Assembly: GCF_006345805.1 (NCBI RefSeq)
Contig: NC_043017.1
Coordinates: forward strand, 2,666,001 to 2,730,000
Reading direction: 5' to 3'
Length of the DNA: 64,000 bases
Source: Octopus sinensis
Lineage: Eukaryota
Position 1 is the stretch's first letter, and the number at the start of each line of letters is the position of its first letter. The notes beneath the pieces are model-generated. The model was not told where the DNA came from. It searched no databases and saw nothing but the letters and a program-made list of their open reading frames with translations. This document shows positions 13,763-25,819 of the stretch, in pieces. The position numbers and the translations under genes were made by a program.

Positions 13763-14160
13763 TCAAAATAAGCAACAAGGATATCCAAGGTAGAGTAGTA
13801 CAATTGTTTCATGCTACTTCATTTTATTAAACACTGTAAGTATTACATCAGTTTTAAAATGTCGAGCAATCTTCAGCCACTTATAGAATTTTCCAATTAA
13901 ACGGACAATGCACATTCTTATCTCCATTTCATTTGCCAACATTACAAAGAGGGTAGATAGATAGACAGAGAGGTTGATTTCATTCTGAAGAACATGATAG
14001 TAGTATGTTCACTCTCCGTCTGAAACAATTGTACTACTCTACCTCGGATATCTTTGTTGCTTATTTTGATTATAATCACCCCATTTGATTTATATGGATA
14101 ATACCATACCAAATTCTGGTGCCTTTAACTTAAGTACCATATTCATCTGAATCTAAATTT
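13763..14160. mobile_element. Penelope-like pseudo-LTR relic with 49-bp inverted repeat
   Basis: 13763-13811 and 14021-14069 are reverse complements with 2 mismatches. Each arm begins at a GAAACAATTGTA hammerhead half and is preceded by a CTGAAGA. Confidence 0.6.
13794..13881 (-). ncRNA. Type I hammerhead ribozyme motif with extended stem II
   Basis: Minus strand: AGTGG-CTGAAGA-tTGCT..CATTTTA..GTAA-tac-TTAC..TAAAATG..AGCAt-GAAAC-AATT-GTA-CTACT. Stem I AGTGG/CTACT, palindromic stem III ACAATTGT, GUA cleavage triplet. Confidence 0.65.
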
Positions 14161-14167
14161 TGCTGAA

Positions 14168-14198
<31 letters not shown>

Positions 14199-15408
14199 GA
14201 TGTATAATGAAATGTAAGTAGATAATGTTTAGATTTGGGTTTCATAACCAAGCTGTCCGGTTTTATGGATGCAAATAAACAACCATTCTAAAAAAAGAAA
14301 GGAAAAAAAAGATATTTGAAAACACTTCCAATCCTTAGCATTTCTGATAGATAAGATCACCAACTGTCTGTCTGTAATATGTATGCTTACGCACACAGAC
14401 ACACATAAAAGTACATCAATATACATATACACAAGCATATATATATATATATATACACATCTCAACATACCTATATATTTATATAAATGTGTATATGTAT
14501 GTACATAATATATATATATATATATATATAAAAGTACATCGGTGTACATATACACAAATATAATATATATATGTAACCTACATACACATATTTATATAAA
14601 TGTCTTTGTATGTATATGTACACACAGACAGACACACACACGTGACTACCTAAGTATCTGGTCTTTTATTGCAATTGTCTGGCTCCTAATGGAAATGACA
14701 ACCATTAAATAATGACTAAACCATTGAACTCAACTCTTCTAAAGAAACTAAATGTATCTTTACAAATTTCCAGTGAGTAAACAAGAAAACAAAGTCGAAA
14801 AATAAAAGAATTTCTAAATGTTCATAGAGAAAACCAAATAATTTTATATTATTTGATGATGATGATGATGATGATGTTCATAGTAGTGATTAACCAAATC
14901 ATGTTTTGACTGCAACGGCTGTTTTAGTGTTTGCCGTTGTTTAACTCGAACAAGTCTTGATCCAGTAAACCTGCTATCGGAGGTATTCAGGTTGTATTTA
15001 CCCCACCTGCTGTCTTTGTTTGTTTCTTTTTTGTCCTTTTTGCTGTAATGTCTAAGAGTATGGAATCCTATAAAGAGTCTGCAAAGTTTGCTGTAAACAT
15101 CTTTCCCAACCACATGGTTCCAGGTTTGGATCTCACTCCATGGCAACGTACTTGGGCAAGTGTCTTCGGCAGTAGCCTTGGGTCAACCAAAGCCTTGTGA
15201 GTTGATTTGGTAGACAGAAACTGAAAGAAGCCAGCCATGTTTATACATCATCATCGTTTAACGTCTGCTTTCCATGCTAGCATGGGTTGGACGATTTTGA
15301 CTGAGGGCTGGCGAACCAGTTGGCTACACCAGACTCCAATCTTGATCTGGCAGAGTTTCTGCAGCTGGATGCCCTTCCTAACGCCAACCACTCCGGGAGT
15401 ATATATAA

Positions 15409-15461
<53 letters not shown>

Positions 15462-15847
15462 AGCATATATGTGTGTATATATATATATGAGGGGATGTTG
15501 AAAAGTTCCTGGATTTGAGGGTATTGATAAACACTTGGTTTGAGGTCCAACCTTCCTATTTCTTAGGGCTTAGAAAAACTGAAGGAGCATTGCAATAAGT
15601 GTGTGAATCTGAAAGGGGGAATATAAAGTTATGGGGTCGATTTGCTTGACTAAAATATTTCAAGGCAGTGTTCCAGCATGGCCACAGTAAACTGGCTGAA
15701 ACAAGTAAAAGATGGAAAGATTATTTGTCAGTACAGTCATTGGGGGTTCCTTGTTTCATTTTGTGACTGGTCTTCTTTCGAGAATACATAAAATCTTTGG
15801 TACCTTGGTGCCTAAAAATAGAAACAGTTATTATTATTATCATTATT

Positions 15848-16154
15848 GAGTGAGAGAGCAGTGCATGCCATCAAAGGGACACTGGGGTAAAATATATGAA
15901 GCCCAGTATACTCATCATGACTACCCATCTGATAAGGGTACACTAGGCACATGCATTACAACCACATGTGCGCGACATGGTGATCTTATATCAAGATAAA
16001 CAGCACATGACCTTGCAGGTGGAGCCCAGTTAGAACTTTCTTCTGGTCGAGTAACCCATCCTGCTCAAAAGGTCCCTGAATAAGGGTTGTTTAAGGATGT
16101 TGAACGAACCACCCATGTTTCCAAAGGTGAATTATCCAAACCCCAAAGAATTCC

Positions 16155-16155
<1 letters not shown>
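15848..16155 (-). mobile_element. Probable retroposon 3' fragment embedded in (TTA)n
   Basis: About 300 bp of higher-complexity sequence bounded by (TTA)n runs on both sides; no recognisable ORF. Family not assigned. Confidence 0.4.
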
Positions 16156-16200
<45 letters not shown>

Positions 16201-16858
16201 TTTAAACAATATTTGGTGTTCTCTCATAACCCGTCTCCCCTATTTTTTCGACCAGCTTCTGTTGTGTTTGTGTGTGTAATATATTTGTCCTCATCTGTGC
16301 GACACAACTCCCAGTCCCGCCCATCCGCCACCTTTCTACCTGCCCCAGATAGTACATCAGACAGAAAAAATAAAAAACACTTCTGGAAATTGGTATAGTT
16401 TTTCAAGTAGATTCTTTCATTTTCTCTCTTTTCTCTTTCTTTCCTCACCTCCATCTCACCTCCATTCCCCTCTCTCGCTCTCCCTCTCTCATATCACATC
16501 TGTTTGTGTATTTAATTAATAAATTTCGTCAAGGCTTCACTTGTCAGCCACCTGTTGTAGTTAATCGTATCAGCATTGTTGTTACTGGGGCGACGACCGT
16601 GATGATGATGATGATGATGATTATGACGACTAGTGGCGGCAATTACCATTTTAATTTATCGCACGCTCACGCGTTTCTGCATGTATATAGGCTTTGTGTG
16701 TGTGTGTGTGTGTGTGTGTATGAGTGACTCCCCCACCATTAGAATAAAGTGTTACTCTGTGCTCCTGTAGACGTCTGTAGGCGCTTACAACTTGATAAAA
16801 CACGAATTTATATAAATCTATACACACGAACAAACATCGCGTGTGTGTTTGCTTGTGT

Positions 16859-16903
<45 letters not shown>

Positions 16904-18009
16904 CATACGCACACACACGAGTCTGTATATGTATATCTAATCGCTGTATATACATATATATATATGTGTATACATACACTCGCGTGTCTGTATATGTATA
17001 GCTATCTATCTAATCGATACACACACACACACAGACATCCATGCAGACGTGTGTCTGAGTAACGTATGTATATTTATTTAATCGATACACACACACACAT
17101 GTATTTCTTTACAGGTGCGTGTTTATGCAAGCATTTATACGATATGTGTGATGGAAATCTATCTCTGTTGTAAAAGTTGATTGTATGTGTGTGTATATAC
17201 ATACATATTTACACACATATATATATACATATATAGACATACATGCCCATATATTATATACATACATACATATATATATATATGTATATGTATATATATA
17301 TATGCATATATATATATGCATTTACATAGACATATATATATATATATATGCATATATATATATATGCATTTACATAGACATATATATATATATGCATATA
17401 TATATATATGCATTTACATAGACATATCTATATACATATATAGATATACATACATGCACATACATGTACACACATATATATACACATACATATCTATATC
17501 TATATATATGCACGCTGAGAAAAGTTCGCTGCAAACTAATAGCGAAGCATTTATCTGTTTTTACGTCACGATTCATTATCTTAGCGAATTTAATCTTTGA
17601 GAGGAGTAGAACCAAGATGATGGTGAAATATTTAATAATGCTTGAACAGATGGTTATAATCATACTCTGAACGAACACACTTTCTCTCAAAGAAAGCTCG
17701 GGAAATATTTACTGGGTCTTGGATTAGTTAAAGGATTTTGTTTCGTATTTTTCTAATTTGAAAGGGAAATGAGAGAATGAGTATCTTTACAGAATGTTGT
17801 CAAAACGCGAAAGCCACAACAGGGAATCAAAAACTGCGTTGCGTAACTCAATTATCACGCTTGACATATATAGATTCGTATCCATCTCTGCGTAAACCGC
17901 ATTAGTTTGATGCGCACACACTACGTTTACTCACCGTATATAGTTTGTCTGCAGAACAACACTAAGTAACCCAAGCACATGACTTCCTCAAGATAATAAA
18001 GACATTGTG

Positions 18010-19146
18010 ACATTTGTGAAATCGTTGATACCGTCTGGCCATACATTTTCCCAAGCACCATTCAGAATTGGGGATTTCACTTCGTTCCATCACCCACCCA
18101 TGTTATCCACCGCACCCATTATGTCCTGCTTCTTCTTCTGACTGTAAATTACTTTCGTAAGTTGTTCGAAACTTCACTGATAATATTCCTTGAAATTAGC
18201 AATCACATGTTAGTCCTTTGCAGGGATCCTCAACCAGTTTTTATCCATGAACCCCTTTGGTCCCTATTTTATTCTTGTGGATCCCCAATAACCATTTGAT
18301 TTTTAAAAACTAGTTTATTAATACTTCTTTCAAAATTCCTATTTTGCTTTTCACACATCGACTTATAATCGACTGAAAATGTTAGCGAGAAATCTATCTT
18401 TCTTTCTGTTGTGTTCTGGGGAGAGTCATTTTCTTATTTTTATTTTCCTAAAATTTTCGTTGCGTCTTGCAACTTTTTCAAAAGTTTTGACTAAAAAGTG
18501 GAAATTTTACTGGTGTGTGTGTTACATTATAAGGCACAAAAAGAAAATGACTCTCCCCAGACACAACAGAATATGCTTCAACACACGAACTCATATAAAG
18601 AATCTTGCAATCCAAAAACGAAACATCTTTCTTTCAATACATACAATTAAATACATTTAAAGCAAAATTATTTCCGGAATCCTTAAAATACTATTATGAG
18701 TCCTCAATTTACTATTTTATTACGTGGACCCCGGTGGAGAACTACTGATCTATTGGCTGGAGCAAGGTTGTATTCTAAGAAATCTGTTCTACTCTAGAAT
18801 TATCAGAAAGCTCATTTAAGTTCACCAAGTGGCTTGCTGCATTGTCTGAAAGGAACAACGCTTTGCTGTGTATGTTGTGTTTGGTTTACTAACATTTTCA
18901 GTAATGCTCGGAAATGTTTGTAAACCACTCTTTGGTAAAGCTGTTAGGCATCCATGTCTTCTTACTTGAACGTCAAATCAGAGATTAATTCTTACACTTT
19001 GCGTAACCCCCGAAAGCTCTTTGGATATTTAGAAGTAGGTGGAGGCTTTAATTTCATATCACTAACAGCATTTCCTCCCAGAAGAAGCCGCTGGCGATTT
19101 TTTGGAAGCTTTAAATTCTGGTGTTGATTTTTTTTTCTTCTTGAAG
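18010..19146 (-). pseudogene. Decayed Tigger/pogo-family DDE transposase, interrupted by a hAT MITE
   Basis: Manual minus-strand translation gives EEKKSTPEFKASKNRQRLLLGGNAVSDMKLKP...SSKKTWM...EWF...KALFLSDNAASH...NTTLLQPID|...VIANFKEYY...WNEVKSPILNGAWENVWPDGINDF. These match Tigger motifs (PGFKAxKDRLTLLLGGNA, DNAPGH, LIQPMDQGVI, W..V....NG.WK.LWP). Stops and frameshifts are present. Confidence 0.85.
18221..18747. mobile_element. hAT-type non-autonomous element (MITE)
   Basis: Ends CAGGGATCCTCAACC ... GGTGGAGAACTACTG are imperfect Charlie-like TIRs. Degenerate 8-bp TSD GTCCTTTG/ATCTATTG duplicates the transposase QPMD codons. A related end is at about 2800-2867. Confidence 0.75.
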
Positions 19147-19422
19147 AATAAAAATTCTAGTAAGCAAGCAAGCATGTGCTTTCACACGAGTGCGGAGTCA
19201 TCGTCATTTTTTGTCTGCTTTGGTGTTGTAGACTTCTTTTAGCGATCATTTCTTTTCAGCTGCTCACCATAATTAGCACCAGCCGCCATATTCAACACTG
19301 GTGGCCTCATCAATCATTTTTATGCTCTGCAAATTCAAACCTTTTCGAACCCAGCCTCTTACAAGCTTGAAAGGTTTTCATCCAAAGCTTCATATTTCTC
19401 TCTTTCTCTTGCTCTCTCTCTC

Positions 19423-19477
<55 letters not shown>

Positions 19478-21676
19478 CTGCAAGTCTTCATCACACTTGG
19501 CTTTTCTCTCTCTCTTTCTCTCTAATTATCACCCTGCTTATCAACACATTATGTCAAGTCGGATCCTTGATCTTTACACCGAAGAGCTGTCCCATTTAAT
19601 GCATCTCATTAGATCAATGAAAAACAAAAAAGGGTCGGCGGAATTAACGAAACAACTTATTGAGTCCCTCATTTAATGTCCATTCTACAGTTACGTACTG
19701 TTCTCTCAATGTAGACATTTACAAGCTTTCTATGTCTTTCCAATGTGGCTGACTCCTTTTCTCTCCCGCATGAAGCCCTTTTATAGTCCCCTTCTTCGCA
19801 CTACCTCCTTTAGTTCCATTCGGTGGCTTCTTTCCAGACATCCCGGATTGTGGGTTAATCCAACAGCGCTGGTCATCAACAATAGTAATCAGCTACAAAT
19901 ATCGAGTAAACAAATATAACCCAGAGGAAAGAACGGTTTTTCTGTGTGACCCCAAAATTGCCTTATCCCTAATGGAAATGAGATGAAACACAAAAGAGTA
20001 AGGTGACAGGAAGTACTTTAGGAATAAAGAGTCTTTTCTCTTTTACTTGTTTCAGTCATTAGAGTACTGCCATGCTGGGGCACCACCTTGAAGAATCTTT
20101 TACCAAACTGCTAAGTTACGGGAACGCAAATATACCAACATCGGTTGTCAAGCTGTGGTGGGACACACACAGACACACACACAAGAAGCTTGCTTACCGA
20201 CCAGATGTTTCCGGGTTCAGTCCCACTGCGTGGCAACTTGGGCAAGTGTTTTCTGCTAATAGCCTCGGGCCAACCAAAGTCTTATGAGTGGATTTGGTTG
20301 ACGGAAACTGAAAGAAGCCCGTCGTATATATGTATAGAGCCTTGTGAGTGGATTTGCTAGTCGGAAACTGAGAGAAGCCTATCGTATATATCTATATATG
20401 TATATGTTTGTATTCGTCCCCCCAACATTGCTTGACAACCGATGCTGGTGTGTTTACGTACCCATAATTTAGCGGTTCAGTAAAAGAGACCGGTAGAATA
20501 AGTACTAGCCTTACAAAGAATAAGTCCTGGGGTCGATTCGTTCGACTAAAGGCGATACTCCAGCATGGCCGCGGTCAAATTCAAATTACGATGAACGTAA
20601 ACAAACAAACGAAGTTTGCTTTAGAAGAGTTGCGATGTCTTAGAAAGTTAAAGAAGTTGTTTTAAATTCTCAAACGCAGGATAATGCTAATAATATAACC
20701 TGAACAGGATAAGCCACCCCTATTTTGCACGAAAAAAATGTTGACGGCCACACATACGACGGGCTTCTTTCAGTTTCCGTCTACCAAATCCACTCACAAG
20801 GCTTTGGTAGCAGAAGATACTAAGGCCATAGAGCCCCGAACCACACACCCACGCCTAAACACTTCGTTCCTTGTTCCTGTAACTTGAGCCATAATACTCA
20901 ACTCTCTCACACACACATATGTATGTGTGTGTGTGATGACTATAGTTCTTCATATTAACCACTTTGATCTGAGCTAAAATGCTGAGAATCAGCTCCAAGC
21001 TAAGTCAGTGTGGTTCTTAAATGCTTCGCATTTAATCGAGTTCACGTAAGGGCGAAATTAGCGGTCGTATCCCGAAATTAGTGTCATACTTTTACACTTT
21101 CACTACGTGCCAAATCTTGTAACCTCGTAACGAGAGTAATGTATATATGTGTGTGTGTATGTATGTATGTGTGTGTGTGTGTATGTTTGTTTATATGTAT
21201 GTGTATGAGTGTGTAAAATAGACATTTATATAAATGTGTATGTAGGCATGTTAAATATAAGTGTGAGTGTACATGTATATTTACATTTAAGTATGCGTGT
21301 GTGTACATACAAATACATATGTGTACATTTGTATACACATACATATGTACGTCTATATTTGTATGTACATATATGTATATAATATATATATATATATTAT
21401 ATATATATATATATGTATATATATATGTATGTATATATATATGTATGTGATATATATATATATATATATGTATGTATAATATATATATATATGTATGTAT
21501 ATATATATATATATATGTATGTATATATATATATATATGTATGTATATATATATATATATATGTATGTATATATATATATATATAGTATGTATATATATA
21601 TATATATATATGTATGTATATATATATATGTATGTATATATATATATATGTATGTATATATATATATATATGTATG

Positions 21677-21712
<36 letters not shown>

Positions 21713-22569
21713 TGTATATGTATATATATATATATGTATATGTATATATATATATGTATAGTATATATATATATATATGTATACGTATATATATATATAT
21801 ATGTATATATAATATTTAATTACTGCCTTCTTTCGTGTGTGCCACCTTTTCGCTGCTCACTTTCTCTGTCCTGTGTGTGTGTGTGTGTATTGAACAAATC
21901 ATGATAGGCCCGCCCCGCTCCCCCCTCCACCGATGTTCAAATTATATTTCTTCAATCTAATTATCTTCTCAAACATTTAATCCATCTAACTTTTGTGATA
22001 TGTGTGTGCAAACCGTTTGTCTCTCTCTTTCTCTCTCTCTCTCTCTTTCGCCAATCTTCTACTGTGGCATTAATAATGATAACACTATCAGCAACAACCA
22101 CAACAATAACCGCTAACCAACAGCAACAACAACGGTAGCAGAGAGAAACCAAATCCACTCCTTGCCCACCCCACCCGCCGAGCAGCAGGCCTGTTGTTAT
22201 AATTAATTAAACAGTTTGTTGATAACTTGAGCTGCTGTCCGTTCTGAATTCTGTGTTTGTGTAATTATGTATATTTGTGTGTGTGTATGTATATATATAT
22301 ATACACACACACATATATATATACACACACACGCATATATATAATACACACACATATATATATATATTTCTTTACTACCCACAAGGGGCTAAACACAGAG
22401 GGGACAAACAAGGACAGACAAAGGGATTAAGTCGATTACATCGACCCCAGTGCGTAAGTGGTACTTAATTTATTGACCCCGAAAAGATGAATGGCAAAGT
22501 CGACCTCGGCGGAATTTGAACTCGGAACGTAACGACAGACGAAATACGGCTACACATTTCGCCCAGCGT

Positions 22570-22604
<35 letters not shown>

Positions 22605-22623
22605 CACACACACACATACATGC

Positions 22624-22662
<39 letters not shown>

Positions 22663-23129
22663 TATAGATAGATAGATATAGATAGATAGATAGATAGATA
22701 TTACGCACATACACGCATATATGAAACCGTAGGTATGAGAGTGACTAGATTGGCTTTGATAGTAGAGGTAAGGGCAGATAATACAGATTGGTGCGTAAAA
22801 TACATTAAAGGTTGCTGTGACACACACACACACAGATATGTAATCACAACTCCTTCCCCCTTCTTTTTCTTTTTTTTTTTTTCTTTGGTTTCTCGTTCTC
22901 GATATAAATATATTTGCTGCTGCTGTTTTTTAACCTATATTTTTGCTCCTCTCTCACCTTTTTTTTTTATAATTAAACCACACACGCACACACACACACA
23001 CACACACACGTGTGTACGAAACCTTACACACGCTCACGTAAACGAACAAACAAGCTTTTTATATGATTCACTTACACCGATTCTGTTTTTATTTATTCCA
23101 ACTCTCATTCATTCATTCTTTCATTCTTT

Positions 23130-24130
23130 GTACCCCCCCCCCTCGCTTCTCTCTTTATCATCTATTTCTATATACACTCCCTTTCCCCACCTTTCTCTAC
23201 TCTGTCTCTCTCCCTTGCCTATTTGTCTCTTACTCTCTTTTTCCCCGTCCCTCTTTCTTCCGCTCTCTCTCTCTCTCTCACTGCTCTTCACCTTCCCTCT
23301 ACCTTACGCGGTTACCTTGTCTTTCTCTAATTTTTTCTTTCCGTCCATCTTTCTGTCTTTCCTCTTCCTCCTTCCCCTGTCTTTTCGTAGCCTCCTACTT
23401 CCCTCTTCGCTCTTTCAACCTACGCTCTCTCTCTCTCTCCTTTATACCTTTCTCCTCTTCGCTCTCCCCATGTATCTCCTTCCTCACACTCTTTCTTCGC
23501 TCTCTGCCTTCTCCTCCTATCTATCTTTGCTCTGTGCTATCTCTCTCTATTTTCGCTCTCTCCCTCTCTCTGTCTTCGCTCTCTGCCTTCTCCCCCTCTC
23601 TGTCTTCCCTTTCTGCCATCTCACCCCACCTCTATTTTCGCTCTCTGCCTTCTCCCTCTCTCTATCTTCGCTCTCTCCCTCTCTCTATTTTCGCTCTTTG
23701 CCATCTCACTCCCTCTGTCTTCCGCCCTTTCTGCCATCTCACCACCCCCTCTCTCTATCTTCGCTCCCTGTCATCTCCCTCACCCTCTCTTCGCTCTCTC
23801 TCCCTCCCTCTCCCTCTCTCCTCTTGTTCTGTTTCATTTTCAATTACACAAATCCTACGAAATAAACTAATGTCCTGTAAATGACACTCTAACCTTTTAC
23901 AAAGATACAATTAATTCTATTCACCACCACCGCCGCCGCCGCCGCCGCCACTATCCGCCTCTCTCTCTCTCTCTCTTTCTCTCTGCCCCCTCACTATCTC
24001 CTTTCTCCTCCTCCTCTCTCCCACCCATTTATCGTCTGCTCCCTTCAATTCTCTCCCTCTCATTATCTACATCCCCCCCTCTTCTTTCTCACACCTTTCT
24101 TTCTTTCCCTTTTTTTTTCACTCTTTCATT
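23130..24130 (+). repeat. Polypyrimidine (CT-rich) tract with TTCGCTCTCT-based minisatellite
   Basis: Repeated ttcgctctctgccttctccc-like units at about 23495-23810. A comparable tract with ctcactttctcccttctctct units is at 52525-53150. Confidence 0.9.
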
Positions 24131-24301
24131 TATTTTTTTCATTTTTTTTGGTTCCCCCTTCGTTTTTTCCGATTTTTTTTCTTTGTATCTATGGTTCTTT
24201 CTCCATTCTATTTGTATGTGTGTGCCCTTACACACACACACACACAAACACACACATATATATATGTGTGTGTGTGGTGTGTATATATATATATGTGTGT
24301 G

Positions 24302-24344
<43 letters not shown>

Positions 24345-24443
24345 GTGTGTGTGTGTATATATATATGTGTGTGTGTGTGTGTATATATATATGTGTGTGT
24401 GTGTGTGTGTATATATATATGTGTGTGTGTGTATATGTGTGTG

Positions 24444-24492
<49 letters not shown>

Positions 24493-25819
24493 TTATATAT
24501 AATTTCTATTGTATTACTGTTGTATAGAAATAATAATAATACTAATAATAAAAAGGACAACAGTTTTCTGTCTGCTTCGACTGGTGAGGGAAGACGTGAT
24601 GTGAATTGTGTGTGCAATCACAGACACCAACGTATTTCTTTCTCTTCCGTTCATCAACTTCGTGGCCTCCCTACTTCTTCAAGTTACCTTCATCTCATAA
24701 CCACCACCGCCTGACGGGCAAAAAAAAGGGGTCTACACTTTCTTCTACGTGATCTCCGAGTATGCTAGAAATAGCAGTTTAATTTTCTCTCTGAAATTAC
24801 TTTTATTATCCCACCGTATTTCAAATAAAGATAAACTGGTATTGAATGTTACAGTTGTATTCACAATATATCTGAGAAAGAAAGAAAGAAAAATGAAAAC
24901 GAGGGGACAGGGTGATCTCGACCGACGATTTTGATCAACGATCTCTACTCGATCAGAACAGGTTTCTGAAGGGGGGGGGGGGCTGTCCTATATCCCTTTC
25001 ATGACTCACAACTATTAATTCTCAACACTGGTCAGTGAGAGAGTAATTATGTGGTCGCTCGGCCAGCAGAAATAGCAGCCAAGCTGTCCTTTAAAACCAG
25101 GAAGAAAACATCAGATACTGAGGTTCCAGATGCACTGTCTGAGAAAGTATGACATGTCCAGCTGGGTGCCCTTTGATAGCAGCCAAATCGACCTCCAAAC
25201 CTATCACCTCGAAAATGATCCTTTCTCCTATAATAAGCAGAAGGCCTGAAATTTCGCTAGGTGGGGGTAGTAAGCCGATTGCATCGACTCCAGTACGAAA
25301 CTGGTACCTATTTCATCGGCCCCGAAGGGACGAAAAGCTAAGTTGACCTCGGCGGATTTCGAATGCAAAGGCACGCGTTCCTTCTGCCTTACATTTCCCT
25401 TCTTTCGCTACTCTCGCCTTATGACCACCCTTTTATGTCGTTGCTCGACCAACTAGAACTAACAGCCTAATCCCTACTAAATTATATTCTTTTTAAATTT
25501 CTTTCACTTCTTTCAGTCAAATCGACCCCAGCACTTATTCATTGTAAGCCTAGTGCTTATTTTATCGGTCTTTTTTGCCGAACCGCTCTGGTCGGAGGCG
25601 GGGCACAAATACAGACATTCAGATTCATACCTGTATCATATATTATATATATATATATGACGGGCCTTCTTTCAGTTTGGTCGGTCGGAGACTATAGTAG
25701 AAGACACTTGCTCAAGGTGCCACGCAATGGGACTGAACCTGGAACCATGTGGTTGGGAAGCAAGCTTATTACCACACACCCACTCTTTTGTATATAATAT
25801 ATATATATATATATATATA

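Noticed and set aside
17935-18141. Apparent minus-strand exon with AG/GT boundaries
   Set aside because: The content is a decayed Tigger transposase with stops, not a host exon.
20930-21140. Possible further hammerhead (two CGAAATTAG motifs)
   Set aside because: No CTGANGA core at a suitable distance; looks like an unclassified repeat.
22735-23865. 376-aa ORF, the longest in the track
   Set aside because: Leu/Ser/Pro/Phe low complexity arising from a CT-rich tract that cannot encode stops; no domain.
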